Below are positions 1 through 8,563 of a DNA stretch of 24,994 nucleotides, piece by piece. The DNA lies in contig CAZGIA010000004.1 of assembly GCA_964526075.1 (NCBI GenBank), positions 1-24,994 of the forward strand, in the 5' to 3' direction. The position numbers were made by a program, and so were the translations under genes. Position 1 is the first letter of the stretch. Each line of letters begins with the position of its first letter. The notes below the pieces were generated by a model that saw only the letters and a program-made list of their open reading frames with translations, did not search any database and was not told the DNA's origin. Source of the stretch: an uncultured Candidatus Saccharibacteria bacterium. Its GTDB lineage: Bacteria; Patescibacteriota; Minisyncoccia; Phycocordibacterales; Zambryskibacteraceae.

Positions 1-19
1 ATTGAGAAGTAATGCCATT

Positions 20-385
20 TTAGATAAATTTGCGGATCATCTTTCCATTTTTTTCAAAGTCCATTTTATTGCCCAGCGCCTTCAAGTCAGGGAAAACCCA
101 AATGTGAGCATGGTGGACATCAGTGCCGTCAATTTTCAAATGTATCTGTTCTGTATTAAAAGTTTTCTGTTGAGCTAGTGCTATTTTTCTTACTATCTCA
201 AAGTATTTTCCGGCATTGGGCGCATCCCAAACCCAACGATGATGCTCCTTTGGAATCACTTGCGTGTGGCCGGGAGACATTGGGTTGATATCAAGAAATG
301 CTAGGAAATCGTTATCCTCATAAACTTTGTATGCAGGTACTTCGCCCGCTATGATTTTGCAGAAGATGCAGTTGGCGTCTTTCAT
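20..385 (-). CDS. HIT family nucleotide hydrolase (histidine triad, HxHxW variant)
   Basis: N-terminal CIFCKII and FLAFLDINPMSPGHTQVIPKEH match the HIT family; the triad region reads VHHAHIWV. Overlaps the upstream ORF by 1 nt. Confidence 0.9.
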   Translation of the reverse strand: MKDANCIFCKIIAGEVPAYKVYEDNDFLAFLDINPMSPGHTQVIPKEHHRWVWDAPNAGKYFEIVRKIALAQQKTFNTEQIHLKIDGTDVHHAHIWVFPDLKALGNKMDFEKNGKMIRKFI

Positions 386-1350
386 TAGTAGTTTTGATAA
401 TTAACCAGCTGGCCGAAGCGGTCGAAGAGCTCAATGGACTCGTACTCTTTGGCCCACATTTCCCACCCTCGACCAAGGAAGACTCGCCAAGTTTGGCCAG
501 AAAATTTCGGATCACTTTGATGATAAATCAGGCATCCTTGGTAATTGAAATGCTCTTGAATGAAGGTTTTGCAATTACTTGAAAGTAATTTGCCTTTATA
601 ACAGTCCGCACAGTATTCATTGTTTATTTTCTCACCAATTTGAGGTGTTTCGCAGGATGAGATAGAGCTGACTATATTGCGACAAGATGTATCCATGTTT
701 TCTATCCCTAATTCATTGTTTGGACGTGGACAATTACGCGAGAGAGCGGGGTTGAAAGCATAATTAGGTAGATCCTCGAGATAACCAGTACATATATTTT
801 CCTTGAAGCTAGTAATGGTGTAGGGTGAGCGATTACCAATTGAACCAGTAGTTATGATTGCTCGTTCATTGTCACCCAAGATGACATCTTGATTTATGGA
901 TTTGTCATTGGGAGAAAGTATAAGAGTAGCTTGAGGAATGATCGCGATGTCAGCTGAAAATTTTTGCAAATTTGAACCTATATAATATGGACGCTTGTCC
1001 TTACCATTTCTGAGTTGCCAGCCAGTGATGTTGATTGGAGTACGACTACGGTTGTCTAACGTAATATATTCTTCATAGGGTTGGTATGAATAAGCTGCGT
1101 TTCCTGTACCGATAACCACTTCATTTGTGCCAGAATTTGTATTTGAGCTATTGTCATTTGAATTTGTTCTATTGTTTGAAGATGAGCCACTGATCGAATA
1201 ATTTCCGTTTGAAATATTGTTTCCTATGGCCCAACCCAAACCTGTGTCGCCCTTATTGTTGCTTGCATTGGTAGTAAGAATAATAATGATAAAAATGATG
1301 ATAAGAATACCTGCAAGGTTACTGGCACCATGATTTAGTGGTGGTCTCAT
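385..1350 (-). CDS. Hypothetical membrane-anchored/secreted protein with Ser/Asn-rich linker, lamin-tail-like segment and Cys-rich region
   Basis: 321-aa ORF with hydrophobic N-terminus (LAGILIIIFIIIILTT), SN-rich linker, EEYITLDNRSRTPINITGWQL resembling lamin-tail domains, and multiple Cys. The domain call is by eye. Confidence 0.6.
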   Translation of the reverse strand: MRPPLNHGASNLAGILIIIFIIIILTTNASNNKGDTGLGWAIGNNISNGNYSISGSSSNNRTNSNDNSSNTNSGTNEVVIGTGNAAYSYQPYEEYITLDNRSRTPINITGWQLRNGKDKRPYYIGSNLQKFSADIAIIPQATLILSPNDKSINQDVILGDNERAIITTGSIGNRSPYTITSFKENICTGYLEDLPNYAFNPALSRNCPRPNNELGIENMDTSCRNIVSSISSCETPQIGEKINNEYCADCYKGKLLSSNCKTFIQEHFNYQGCLIYHQSDPKFSGQTWRVFLGRGWEMWAKEYESIELFDRFGQLVNYQNY

Positions 1351-1384
1351 AAGGTTATCTTAATACGCGTGGTAAAATAGTCCA

Positions 1385-3007
1385 ATGCATTTTCCCGATC
1401 TCCTTGAAACCCTTCTGAATTCACGTGGCATCAAACTTGAAGACAAGGAGGCTTTTCTCAAGCCGAATTATGCATATCTTCATGATCCCATGCTTCTTCC
1501 AGATATGAAGAGAGCAAGAGATCGAGTGCTTAGAGCTCTTATAAACGAAGAGCATATATTAGTTTTCTCTGATTATGATGCTGATGGTATTCCTGGGGCT
1601 GTGATACTTTCAGATTTTTTCAAAAGGATAGGATACAAAAATTATTCCTTTTATATTCCACATCGGCATGATGAGGGTTATGGTCTCAATTTAGACGCTG
1701 TGAAAGAGTGTGCAGAAAGAGGAGCGAAGCTCATCATCACTGTAGATTGTGGAATCTCCGACGTTGAAGAGATTGCCTTAGCTAATTCTCTCGGTATGGA
1801 TGTCTTAGTTACAGATCATCATGAACCACATACAAAACTTCCTGAAGCTTACGCTATTGTAAATCCCAAACTTAAGAAGAGTACGTATCCTTTTGATGGT
1901 CTTTGTGGTTCGGCTGTAGTGTATAAATTAGTTCAGGCTATCTATGCTAAGAAGGATTTTGGGCAGAAATCAGGTATTGAAAAGTGGTCACTTGATATGG
2001 TTGGTATTGCTACACTTTCTGATATGGTTCCTCTAGTGGGAGAAAATAGAATTTTAGCGTATTTTGGATTAGAGGTTCTTAGAAAGTCACCTCGTCCAGG
2101 ATTAACGGCGCTCTTTAACAAGTTGAATCTTGGTAGACGAAATATATCTGAAGATGATGTCACTTTCTCGATTACCCCTCGTATTAACGCCGCTTCACGT
2201 ATGGGTATTCCGGAAGACGCCTTCAAATTACTTTCAACAGATGATCCGGTAGAAGCGATGAGATTGGTGGAACATTTAGAAAAGATTAATGCAGAGCGAA
2301 AAGGTCTTGTGGCTAGTATGGTAAAAGAAGCTAAGACACATTTGAAGAAACGGGAGTCAATTCCTGCGGTGATTGTGATAGGGAATCCGGAATGGAAGCC
2401 GAGTCTGTCAGGCTTGGTTTGTAATAGCTTAGTGGAAGAATATGAGCGACCAGTATTTTGTTGGGGAAGGGATGGCGATGGAATACTTAAAGGTTCCTGC
2501 CGTTCGTATAATGGCTACGATCTTCATGCACTTATGACACTTACTCAAGAGGCCTTCATGGAGTTTGGTGGGCATAAGGGTGCGGGAGGATTCTCAGTCA
2601 CACTTGAGCAAGTCAGTGTGCTAGAAGAAAAACTTTCACAATCTTTGCTCCACTTGGAGGTTGAACCTCCAAGTGGGGATGAGTGCATACCTCTTGTACT
2701 TTCAGATATTGGTGAAGGTCTCTGGCAAATACTTTCTCAATTTGCTCCTTTTGGTATGGGTAATGAAAAGCCGATTTTTAAAATAAAGAATGCTTCAATT
2801 CAATCAGTAAAACAGTTTGGCAAAACTAAGGAACATTTGGAATTAACCCTCTCCTCGAATTTGAAGGCAATTTCTTTCTTCGCATCACCTAGCAGCTATA
2901 ACCTAGCCCCTAGCCCCTGTTTGTGTACCCTCCATGCCCACCTTGAAAAGTCTTATTTTAGAAATAGACCTGAATTACGTCTTAGAATTGTTAATATAGA
3001 AGTATGA
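1385..3007 (+). CDS. recJ: Single-stranded DNA-specific exonuclease RecJ
   Basis: DHH-family motifs SDYDADG, ITVDCG, VTDHH, PRINAASRM and DHHA1 GGHKGAGG. Confidence 0.95.
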   Translation: MHFPDLLETLLNSRGIKLEDKEAFLKPNYAYLHDPMLLPDMKRARDRVLRALINEEHILVFSDYDADGIPGAVILSDFFKRIGYKNYSFYIPHRHDEGYGLNLDAVKECAERGAKLIITVDCGISDVEEIALANSLGMDVLVTDHHEPHTKLPEAYAIVNPKLKKSTYPFDGLCGSAVVYKLVQAIYAKKDFGQKSGIEKWSLDMVGIATLSDMVPLVGENRILAYFGLEVLRKSPRPGLTALFNKLNLGRRNISEDDVTFSITPRINAASRMGIPEDAFKLLSTDDPVEAMRLVEHLEKINAERKGLVASMVKEAKTHLKKRESIPAVIVIGNPEWKPSLSGLVCNSLVEEYERPVFCWGRDGDGILKGSCRSYNGYDLHALMTLTQEAFMEFGGHKGAGGFSVTLEQVSVLEEKLSQSLLHLEVEPPSGDECIPLVLSDIGEGLWQILSQFAPFGMGNEKPIFKIKNASIQSVKQFGKTKEHLELTLSSNLKAISFFASPSSYNLAPSPCLCTLHAHLEKSYFRNRPELRLRIVNIEV

Positions 3008-3050
3008 CCCATTCGATTGCACTCAGGGTCATAGTGAGTAATATCGAACT

Positions 3051-3527
3051 ATGATAAAAATTTATACAGATGGTTCATCAAGAGGAAACCCTGGTCCGGG
3101 AGGCTGGGGGGCTATTGTCATGGACGGCATTCGTACAATTGAGTTGGGTGGTAGGGAAGATCACACCACCAACAATCGCATGGAACTTTCAGCTGCTATA
3201 AAAGCTTTGGAATTTGTATCCAAACTGTCTGCTGACAACTGTGTACTGTTTACTGATTCTGAGTATGTCATGAAGGGGATTACAGAATGGATTAAGGGTT
3301 GGCAATTGCGTGGTTGGAGAACAACAGCTAAGAAACCGGTTTTGAATCAAGATCTCTGGCAAGCGTTGGTTCTTGCTTCAGACGAGAAGAAAATTGAGTG
3401 GAAGTATGTGGCCGGACATTCGGGGCATGAATATAATGAACGTTGCGATGAGATTGCCACTTCTTTTGCCGATGATCTCAATATCACTCTCTATAATGGA
3501 GCAAGTTCAGATTACAAACTTTCTTAA
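3051..3527 (+). CDS. rnhA: Ribonuclease HI
   Basis: IYTDGSSRGNPGPGGWG, TTNNRMEL, TDSEYV, GHSGHEYNERCD. Confidence 0.96.
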   Translation: MIKIYTDGSSRGNPGPGGWGAIVMDGIRTIELGGREDHTTNNRMELSAAIKALEFVSKLSADNCVLFTDSEYVMKGITEWIKGWQLRGWRTTAKKPVLNQDLWQALVLASDEKKIEWKYVAGHSGHEYNERCDEIATSFADDLNITLYNGASSDYKLS

Positions 3528-4899
3528 TCCAGTTTTACTGTTTATCCTTAGTTTTGTAGGAGGCGTCTTTGTCTCTTCATTCTTTTTTCTACCACCACTA
3601 ATTTTCCTTTTGATACTCTTTGTTGCTGTAGCGATTACTGTTGTTGAAAAAGTTTGGTATGGGAAAGTCGGATCCGAAGTCCTGTTACTGGTATTGTTAT
3701 TAATTGCTTTTTCTCTTGGTTCTTTGCGTTATGCTGTCAAGGATTTTCATGAACTTCAGTTACCGACAGAGACTGGAGTGGTGGTGAGTGAACCAGAAGA
3801 CAAAGATAATGTTAGAAGATTTGTTTTCCTTGCTGATAATAACGAGAAAGTGTTAGTTTCTGCTCCTCTCTACCATCAAGTACAATACGGTGACAAGGTG
3901 AAAGTGTCTGGGAAATTTGAAAAACCCGGTTTAATCGAATCTGAAGATAGTAGTCGTCCGTTTGATTATGGAAAGTATCTAGCTAAGGATGATATTTATT
4001 ACACTTTGAGCTTTGCCAATGTTTTAGTACTTTCAAGCGGGCATGGCAATCCGATAAAAGCCACCCTTTTTAAGATTAAGAGAAATTTTGTTGAGCAGGC
4101 TAAAACTATTTTGGCTGAACCATATGCTAGCCTACTTATGGGTCTTGTGGTCGCAGGACGGGATGCCTTACCTGCAAATATTCTTGAGGAGTTTCGTCGG
4201 GCTGGAGTGATTCATATTGTAGTTCTTTCAGGATTCAATATCACACTTATTGCTGACTTTCTCAGGAAACTTTTTCAGAATTTTTTCCTACGTTTGGGTT
4301 GGGCTCGCTTTCAGCATGCTCCAGCTTTTGCTTCGATTGTGGGTGTGACCTTGTTTGTCATTATGACTGGTGGAGAAGCTACTGTAGTAAGAGCAGCCCT
4401 CATGGCTTTTACCGTCATTGTGGCAGGTCTGTTTGGTCGAAATTATTCTGCTCCACGGGCACTTCTTATGGCTGGTTTTCTAATGCTATTACAAAATCCG
4501 AAGATATTAGTTTTCGATCCCTCTTTCCAGCTTTCTTTCCTTGCTACTCTTGGTCTCATTTATCTTGTGCCCTTAGTCGGACAATGGATAAAATGGGTTA
4601 CAGAGAAGTGGGAAATTAAACAAACTTTGGCTCAAACTATTGCTACTCAAATAGCTGTTCTTCCACTACTTATCTATCTAGTCGGTGATGTCTCCTTGGT
4701 TTCTTTGCCAGCCAATCTTCTCATTCTTCTTATCGTACCGTACACTATGCTGGTTGGATTTCTGGCGGTAATTATTTCGTATGTGAGTGTTGTAATTGCT
4801 TGGCCAATCACTTTGGTAACTCATCTGTTGCTATCGTGGATTCTTTTTGTCTCGCACTTCTTGGGTTCTTTGTCGTTTGCTACTGTGAAGCTTTTTTAA
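3496..4899 (+). CDS. comEC: ComEC/Rec2 competence membrane protein (no MBL domain)
   Basis: Multi-TM protein with AGVIHIVVLSGFNI, VVRAALM, SFQLSFLATLG and ANLLIL. ATG 3496 was chosen over the ORF-track start 3373 to minimise overlap with rnhA; the start is uncertain. Confidence 0.88.
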   Translation: MEQVQITNFLNPVLLFILSFVGGVFVSSFFFLPPLIFLLILFVAVAITVVEKVWYGKVGSEVLLLVLLLIAFSLGSLRYAVKDFHELQLPTETGVVVSEPEDKDNVRRFVFLADNNEKVLVSAPLYHQVQYGDKVKVSGKFEKPGLIESEDSSRPFDYGKYLAKDDIYYTLSFANVLVLSSGHGNPIKATLFKIKRNFVEQAKTILAEPYASLLMGLVVAGRDALPANILEEFRRAGVIHIVVLSGFNITLIADFLRKLFQNFFLRLGWARFQHAPAFASIVGVTLFVIMTGGEATVVRAALMAFTVIVAGLFGRNYSAPRALLMAGFLMLLQNPKILVFDPSFQLSFLATLGLIYLVPLVGQWIKWVTEKWEIKQTLAQTIATQIAVLPLLIYLVGDVSLVSLPANLLILLIVPYTMLVGFLAVIISYVSVVIAWPITLVTHLLLSWILFVSHFLGSLSFATVKLF

Positions 4900-5401
4900 A
4901 ATTCTCTTCGATTTTCTGCCAATTGAGATTGGCGAAAAAGTCTTCAATGTATTGTTTCTTGCCGGATGGTTGGTAGTCGGCGACGTAGGAGTGTTCCCAC
5001 ATATCGAGAGCGAGGATGGGGACGCATTGGGAGAGTTGGCCTAAGTGTTGTTCGTCTACCCAGCTTTGGATGAGTTGCTTAGAAATAGGATCGTAGTAAA
5101 GCATAGCCCAACCCACACCTCTAGTTAGTGCCAATGTTTTAAATTTCTCCCAATCGACTTCTCTGAGAGGACCACTTGGGGTGAGCGGAGTCGAACCACC
5201 TTCAAGAGACTTGAAATAAACTTCGTGATTCCTCATGCCGTTCCACTCGAAGGGGAAACGACGGTCGTATCTTTCCTGAGCCAAGAGTTCATTGGTGTTC
5301 TTCACATATCCAGCATAAAGCTTCAAGTGTTCCTCAATAGTCTTGTCGCTAATACCCTTGAGCTTAGGTATATTGAATGTATATTCTTCAAATGTTTTCA
5401 T
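4880..5401 (-). CDS. Fe/Mn superoxide dismutase family protein (compact)
   Basis: Metal-ligand motifs EEHLKLYAGYV, NHEVYF and LDMWEHSY. Confidence 0.88.
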   Translation of the reverse strand: MKTFEEYTFNIPKLKGISDKTIEEHLKLYAGYVKNTNELLAQERYDRRFPFEWNGMRNHEVYFKSLEGGSTPLTPSGPLREVDWEKFKTLALTRGVGWAMLYYDPISKQLIQSWVDEQHLGQLSQCVPILALDMWEHSYVADYQPSGKKQYIEDFFANLNWQKIEENFKKASQ

Positions 5402-6273
5402 ATCGTAATTATATAGGAAAGTTTATATTTAAAAAGCATTGGCGAGAAGTAATTTTGGCTACTTTGCTTCTTAGTAACATTGTCGTTTGGATTTTATTGT
5501 TTCAACATCAGTCAGAGAAACTCAAAGTTTCATTTCTAGATGTTGGCCAAGGTGATGCCATCTTAATTCAAACTCCAAACAAGTATCAAGTTTTGATAGA
5601 TGGGGGCAAGAATCGCAGAGTTGTTTCAGAATTGGGGAAACTTTTACCTTTCGGTGATCGATCAATAGATGTGGTAGTTGCTACTCATCCAGATGCAGAT
5701 CATATTGGCGGACTCTTGGAAGTAGTTGCTCGTTATGACATTGGATTATATCTTGAGCCTGGAGTTGAGAGTAAAAATTCTCTTGGTGAGGAACTTAATA
5801 TCAGATTGAATAATAATAAGGTTCAGAGGCTTCTTGCAAGAAGAGGACAGATTATTAATTTTGGCGATGGGGTGAAACTCTTCATCCTTTTCCCAAACCA
5901 AGATGTTTCAAAATGGGATACTAATGAAGCTTCTGTTGTGGCTAAATTGGTTTATGGCAGTCAATCCTTTCTTTTCACTGGTGATTCTCCAATCAAAACA
6001 GAAAATATTTTATTTAAGCTTAATTCAGAAATTCTTGATGTTGATGTTTTGAAAGTAGGTCATCATGGCTCACGTACTTCTACCTCACTTTCTTATGCTC
6101 AGAGTGTTTCTCCTCTTTTTGCAATTATTTCTGCCGGAAAAAATAACTCCTATGGTCATCCGCATCAGGAGGTTTTAAACATTTTACAAAAAGTGGGAGC
6201 AGAAATTCTAAGTACCGCTGAAAAGGGCGCAATCACTTTTGAAACAGATGGACAAGTTCTCAATTTAAAATAA
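5377..6273 (+). CDS. ComEC-type metallo-beta-lactamase fold hydrolase with N-terminal TM helix
   Basis: FLDVGQGDA, THPDADHIGG, LFTGD, KVGHHGS and YGHP. The start is uncertain (5377, 5392 or later) because it overlaps the divergent SOD start. Confidence 0.88.
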   Translation: MYILQMFSYRNYIGKFIFKKHWREVILATLLLSNIVVWILLFQHQSEKLKVSFLDVGQGDAILIQTPNKYQVLIDGGKNRRVVSELGKLLPFGDRSIDVVVATHPDADHIGGLLEVVARYDIGLYLEPGVESKNSLGEELNIRLNNNKVQRLLARRGQIINFGDGVKLFILFPNQDVSKWDTNEASVVAKLVYGSQSFLFTGDSPIKTENILFKLNSEILDVDVLKVGHHGSRTSTSLSYAQSVSPLFAIISAGKNNSYGHPHQEVLNILQKVGAEILSTAEKGAITFETDGQVLNLK

Positions 6274-6305
6274 TAAATAATAGATATTTGTATGCTTTGT
6301 GAAAA

Positions 6306-6343
6306 ATACGTTATAATGTCACTATCGTGAGTCAATAACGTAT
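6306..6343. repeat. 38-bp imperfect palindrome, copy 1 (overlaps -10 TATAAT 6312-6317 and ATG 6342)
   Basis: ATACGTTAT-AATG-TCAC-TATC-GTGA-GTCA-ATAACGTAT, with 9-bp perfect outer arms. Confidence 0.85.
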
Positions 6344-6908
6344 GGGTAAATTAGAAATAAGTAGTAGCAAAAAGACCAGAAATAACAATTTACAAAAATT
6401 GATTCTTGAGACCGTTTCTCTGGCAGGATTCATGAGTATTGCTCTCGTAGCACCGAATGTCCTGAAGTCAATGAATAAACTTGGTTTAATTCCTAATTTC
6501 AGACAGGAGGAATATATTGCGTCATCTGCCAGTAAATTAGCTAAGCGTGGCTTGCTTGTTTTCGATGGTAGGAAATATTGTTTAACTGCTACTGGTGAGA
6601 GCTTATTGCGTCGTTGGCAACTAAGTGATTTTAAAATTGAAAAGCCAAAAAGGTGGGATCGAAAGTGGCGCGTAATTATCTTTGATATTCCAGAGAAGAA
6701 AAGAAAGAGTCGCGATCAGATCAGAACCTTATTTAAATTAGCGGGATTCTATCTGTTGCAGGATAGCGTCTGGGTCTACCCGTATGAGTGTGAAGATATT
6801 CTTACCCTTCTTAAATCTGATTTAGGAGTAGGAAAGAATGTTCTCTATCTTATTGTCGATGAATTGGAAAATGATAAATATCTACGAGCATCATTTGGTC
6901 TTAAATAA
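6342..6908 (+). CDS. PaaX-like protein: winged-helix plus Cas2-like ferredoxin-fold domain
   Basis: wHTH-like SKLAKRGLLVFDGRKYCLTATG followed by WDRKWRVIIFDIPEKKRKSRDQIRTLFKLAGFYLLQDSVWVYPY, typical of the PaaX central/Cas2-like domain. Confidence 0.8.
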   Translation: MGKLEISSSKKTRNNNLQKLILETVSLAGFMSIALVAPNVLKSMNKLGLIPNFRQEEYIASSASKLAKRGLLVFDGRKYCLTATGESLLRRWQLSDFKIEKPKRWDRKWRVIIFDIPEKKRKSRDQIRTLFKLAGFYLLQDSVWVYPYECEDILTLLKSDLGVGKNVLYLIVDELENDKYLRASFGLK

Positions 6909-6922
6909 AAGTTTAATTATCT

Positions 6923-6960
6923 ATACGTTACTTACTCACGATCGTAAGATAGTAACGTAT
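6923..6960. repeat. 38-bp imperfect palindrome, copy 2 (15 nt after the stop codon)
   Basis: ATACGTTAC-TTAC-TCAC-GATC-GTAA-GATA-GTAACGTAT; 28/38 identical to copy 1 without gaps. Arms extend to 11 bp (6922-6932 / 6951-6961). Confidence 0.85.
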
Positions 6961-7003
6961 AATAAGACTGTCACGTCGAGAAGTAAATTTGTAAATAGAG
7001 TAT

Positions 7004-7246
7004 TTAAATCACTCCTGCTTTCTTGAGGACGCTGTGGGCACCATTTTTGGCAATAGTTTTGATAGCTTTAGTGGAGAGGGTGAGAGTGATAGTTTTCTTG
7101 AGTTCAGGTATATAGATACGCTTTCTTTGGAGATTGGGGTATTTCCTAACCATTCCCGTAGGATTAAATTGGGTAGCACGAGTTCGGTTGGAGTAACCTC
7201 CACCCATTTTTGAGCCCTTTTTAGTAATAATACATATCTTAGTCAT
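7004..7246 (-). CDS. rpmB: 50S ribosomal protein L28
   Basis: MTKICIITKK..GGGYSNRTRA..RKYPNLQRKRIYIPE..LSTKAIKTI. Confidence 0.88.
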   Translation of the reverse strand: MTKICIITKKGSKMGGGYSNRTRATQFNPTGMVRKYPNLQRKRIYIPELKKTITLTLSTKAIKTIAKNGAHSVLKKAGVI

Positions 7247-7266
7247 AGTTGCGATATACTAGCATC

Positions 7267-7872
7267 ATGGAGTTTATATTTCAAATTTTTATTCTAATCT
7301 TTTCTGTAGTCATTCATGAAGTTTCTCATGGCTACGCGGCCAGTTACTTGGGGGATCAGACCGCTCGCTATCAGGGTCGATTGACACTTAATCCTCTCAA
7401 ACATCTTGATCCTTTTGGATCTTTCATTGTGCCTCTTATTTCCTATCAACTTGGAGGCTTCATTTTAGGCTGGGCGAAACCTGTACCATATAATCCCTAC
7501 AATCTTCGCTCTGGAAGATGGTCAGAGGCTATGGTCGCTGGGGCAGGACCACTTTCAAATATTGGTATTGCTGTGATCTTTGGGCTTCTCCTACGTTTCT
7601 CCCAAGGATTTGGGAATTCAGCTTTTGTAGAGATTACAACTCTAATCGTCTTTATCAATATTCTTTTGGCAGTTTTCAATCTCATTCCGATACCACCCTT
7701 GGATGGGTCTAAACTTCTTTTTGCTATTTTCCCGTCTGAATTAAATCAGATTAGAACCTTTTTTGAGCGTTACGGCTTTATCTTACTCCTTTTCATTATC
7801 TTCTTCGTTTGGAGGTTGATTTTGCCCATAGTTATAGCCATTTTTAGCTTTATTACGGGTATAGGATTTTAA
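7267..7872 (+). CDS. Site-2 protease family (M50) membrane metalloprotease
   Basis: HEVSHG and [11 protein letters not shown] motifs. ATG 7267 was chosen because it lies 6 nt after TATACT. Confidence 0.92.
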   Translation: MEFIFQIFILIFSVVIHEVSHGYAASYLGDQTARYQGRLTLNPLKHLDPFGSFIVPLISYQLGGFILGWAKPVPYNPYNLRSGRWSEAMVAGAGPLSNIGIAVIFGLLLRFSQGFGNSAFVEITTLIVFINILLAVFNLIPIPPLDGSKLLFAIFPSELNQIRTFFERYGFILLLFIIFFVWRLILPIVIAIFSFITGIGF

Positions 7873-7875
7873 TCA

Positions 7876-7904
7876 TTGACAAATATATAAAAAGGGTGTA
7901 TAGT
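7876..7904 (+). promoter_or_regulatory. sigma70-type promoter of cassette 1
   Basis: TTGACA-17-TATAGT; GGAGG at 7912-7916. Confidence 0.8.
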
Positions 7905-7920
7905 TATAGTTGGAGGCAAC

Positions 7921-8022
7921 ATGGACCAGTTCTTTACCGACTCGTGGCCGGAATGGTTGAAAAAGACCGTTCTGGTAGCGATCGTCGGTGGTCTGTTCAT
8001 GGCTATCGCCATGAATATCTGA
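7921..8022 (+). CDS. 33-aa single-TM ORFan ([33 protein letters not shown]), cassette 1
   Basis: Not in the ORF track. Has its own promoter, GGAGG SD and downstream hairpin; 51/102 GC by hand count. Confidence 0.7.
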   Translation: MDQFFTDSWPEWLKKTVLVAIVGGLFMAIAMNI

Positions 8023-8031
8023 CCACCAAAG

Positions 8032-8056
8032 AGGCCCCCTTCACAGGGGGCCTTTC
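8032..8056 (+). terminator. Hairpin terminator of cassette 1
   Basis: AGGCCCCCT-TCAC-AGGGGGCCT followed by TTCG; the U tract is short. Confidence 0.7.
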
Positions 8057-8065
8057 GTCATCTGG

Positions 8066-8094
8066 TTGCAAAAGGTCAAACCTTTTAGTAGAGT
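8066..8094 (+). promoter_or_regulatory. Promoter for rpsL-rpsG
   Basis: TTGCAA-17-TAGAGT. Confidence 0.65.
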
Positions 8095-8120
8095 GGGGGT
8101 CTCCATTTGGAGGATTTTTG

Positions 8121-8534
8121 ATGTCTACTATCAATCAACTCGTAAAGAGAAAAAGGGGAAAACTTAAGCGTAAGACCAAGGCGGTCGCTTTGACGCGGGG
8201 ATTCAATACTCTTAAAAATCGTCCAACCTTCTTCAACTCTCCCTTTAAACGTGGCGTAGCCACTAAGGTGACTACCAAGACTCCCAAGAAACCGAACTCC
8301 GCTATTCGTAAGATTGCTCGTGTACGTCTGACCAATGGTCTTGAAGTGACTGCTTATATTCCTGGTATTGGTCACAACCTTCAAGAACACTCAGTGGTGC
8401 TTCTTCGTGGTGGTCGTGTCAAAGACGTTGGTCTTCGTTACACTATTGTTCGTGGTGTGCTTGATGCTACTGGTGTGGAGACTCGTCGCCAGACACGTTC
8501 CCAGTATGGTGCTAAGAAGCCTAAAGGGAAATAA
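8121..8534 (+). CDS. rpsL: 30S ribosomal protein S12
   Basis: [42 protein letters not shown]. Start is ATG 8121 with GGAGG SD; the ORF-track extension to 7896 is spurious. Confidence 0.98.
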   Translation: MSTINQLVKRKRGKLKRKTKAVALTRGFNTLKNRPTFFNSPFKRGVATKVTTKTPKKPNSAIRKIARVRLTNGLEVTAYIPGIGHNLQEHSVVLLRGGRVKDVGLRYTIVRGVLDATGVETRRQTRSQYGAKKPKGK

Positions 8535-8563
8535 ACAATTTCCAATAAACAATAAACAAGCAA

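Noticed and set aside
3373-3495. N-terminal extension of ComEC
   Set aside because: It overlaps rnhA by more than 150 nt with no family-like sequence.
6962-6995. Possible third degenerate copy of the 38-bp palindrome (TCACGTCGAGA core at 6971-6981)
   Set aside because: Only the centre resembles the motif; the outer arms do not match.
6306-7000. CRISPR array associated with the Cas2-like gene
   Set aside because: Only two palindrome copies separated by a whole gene. There is no repeat-spacer periodicity and no cas1 or other cas genes in the window.
7896-8120. 75-aa N-terminal extension of S12 in the ORF track
   Set aside because: It runs through cassette 1, its terminator and the rpsL promoter; the conserved S12 start with SD is at 8121.
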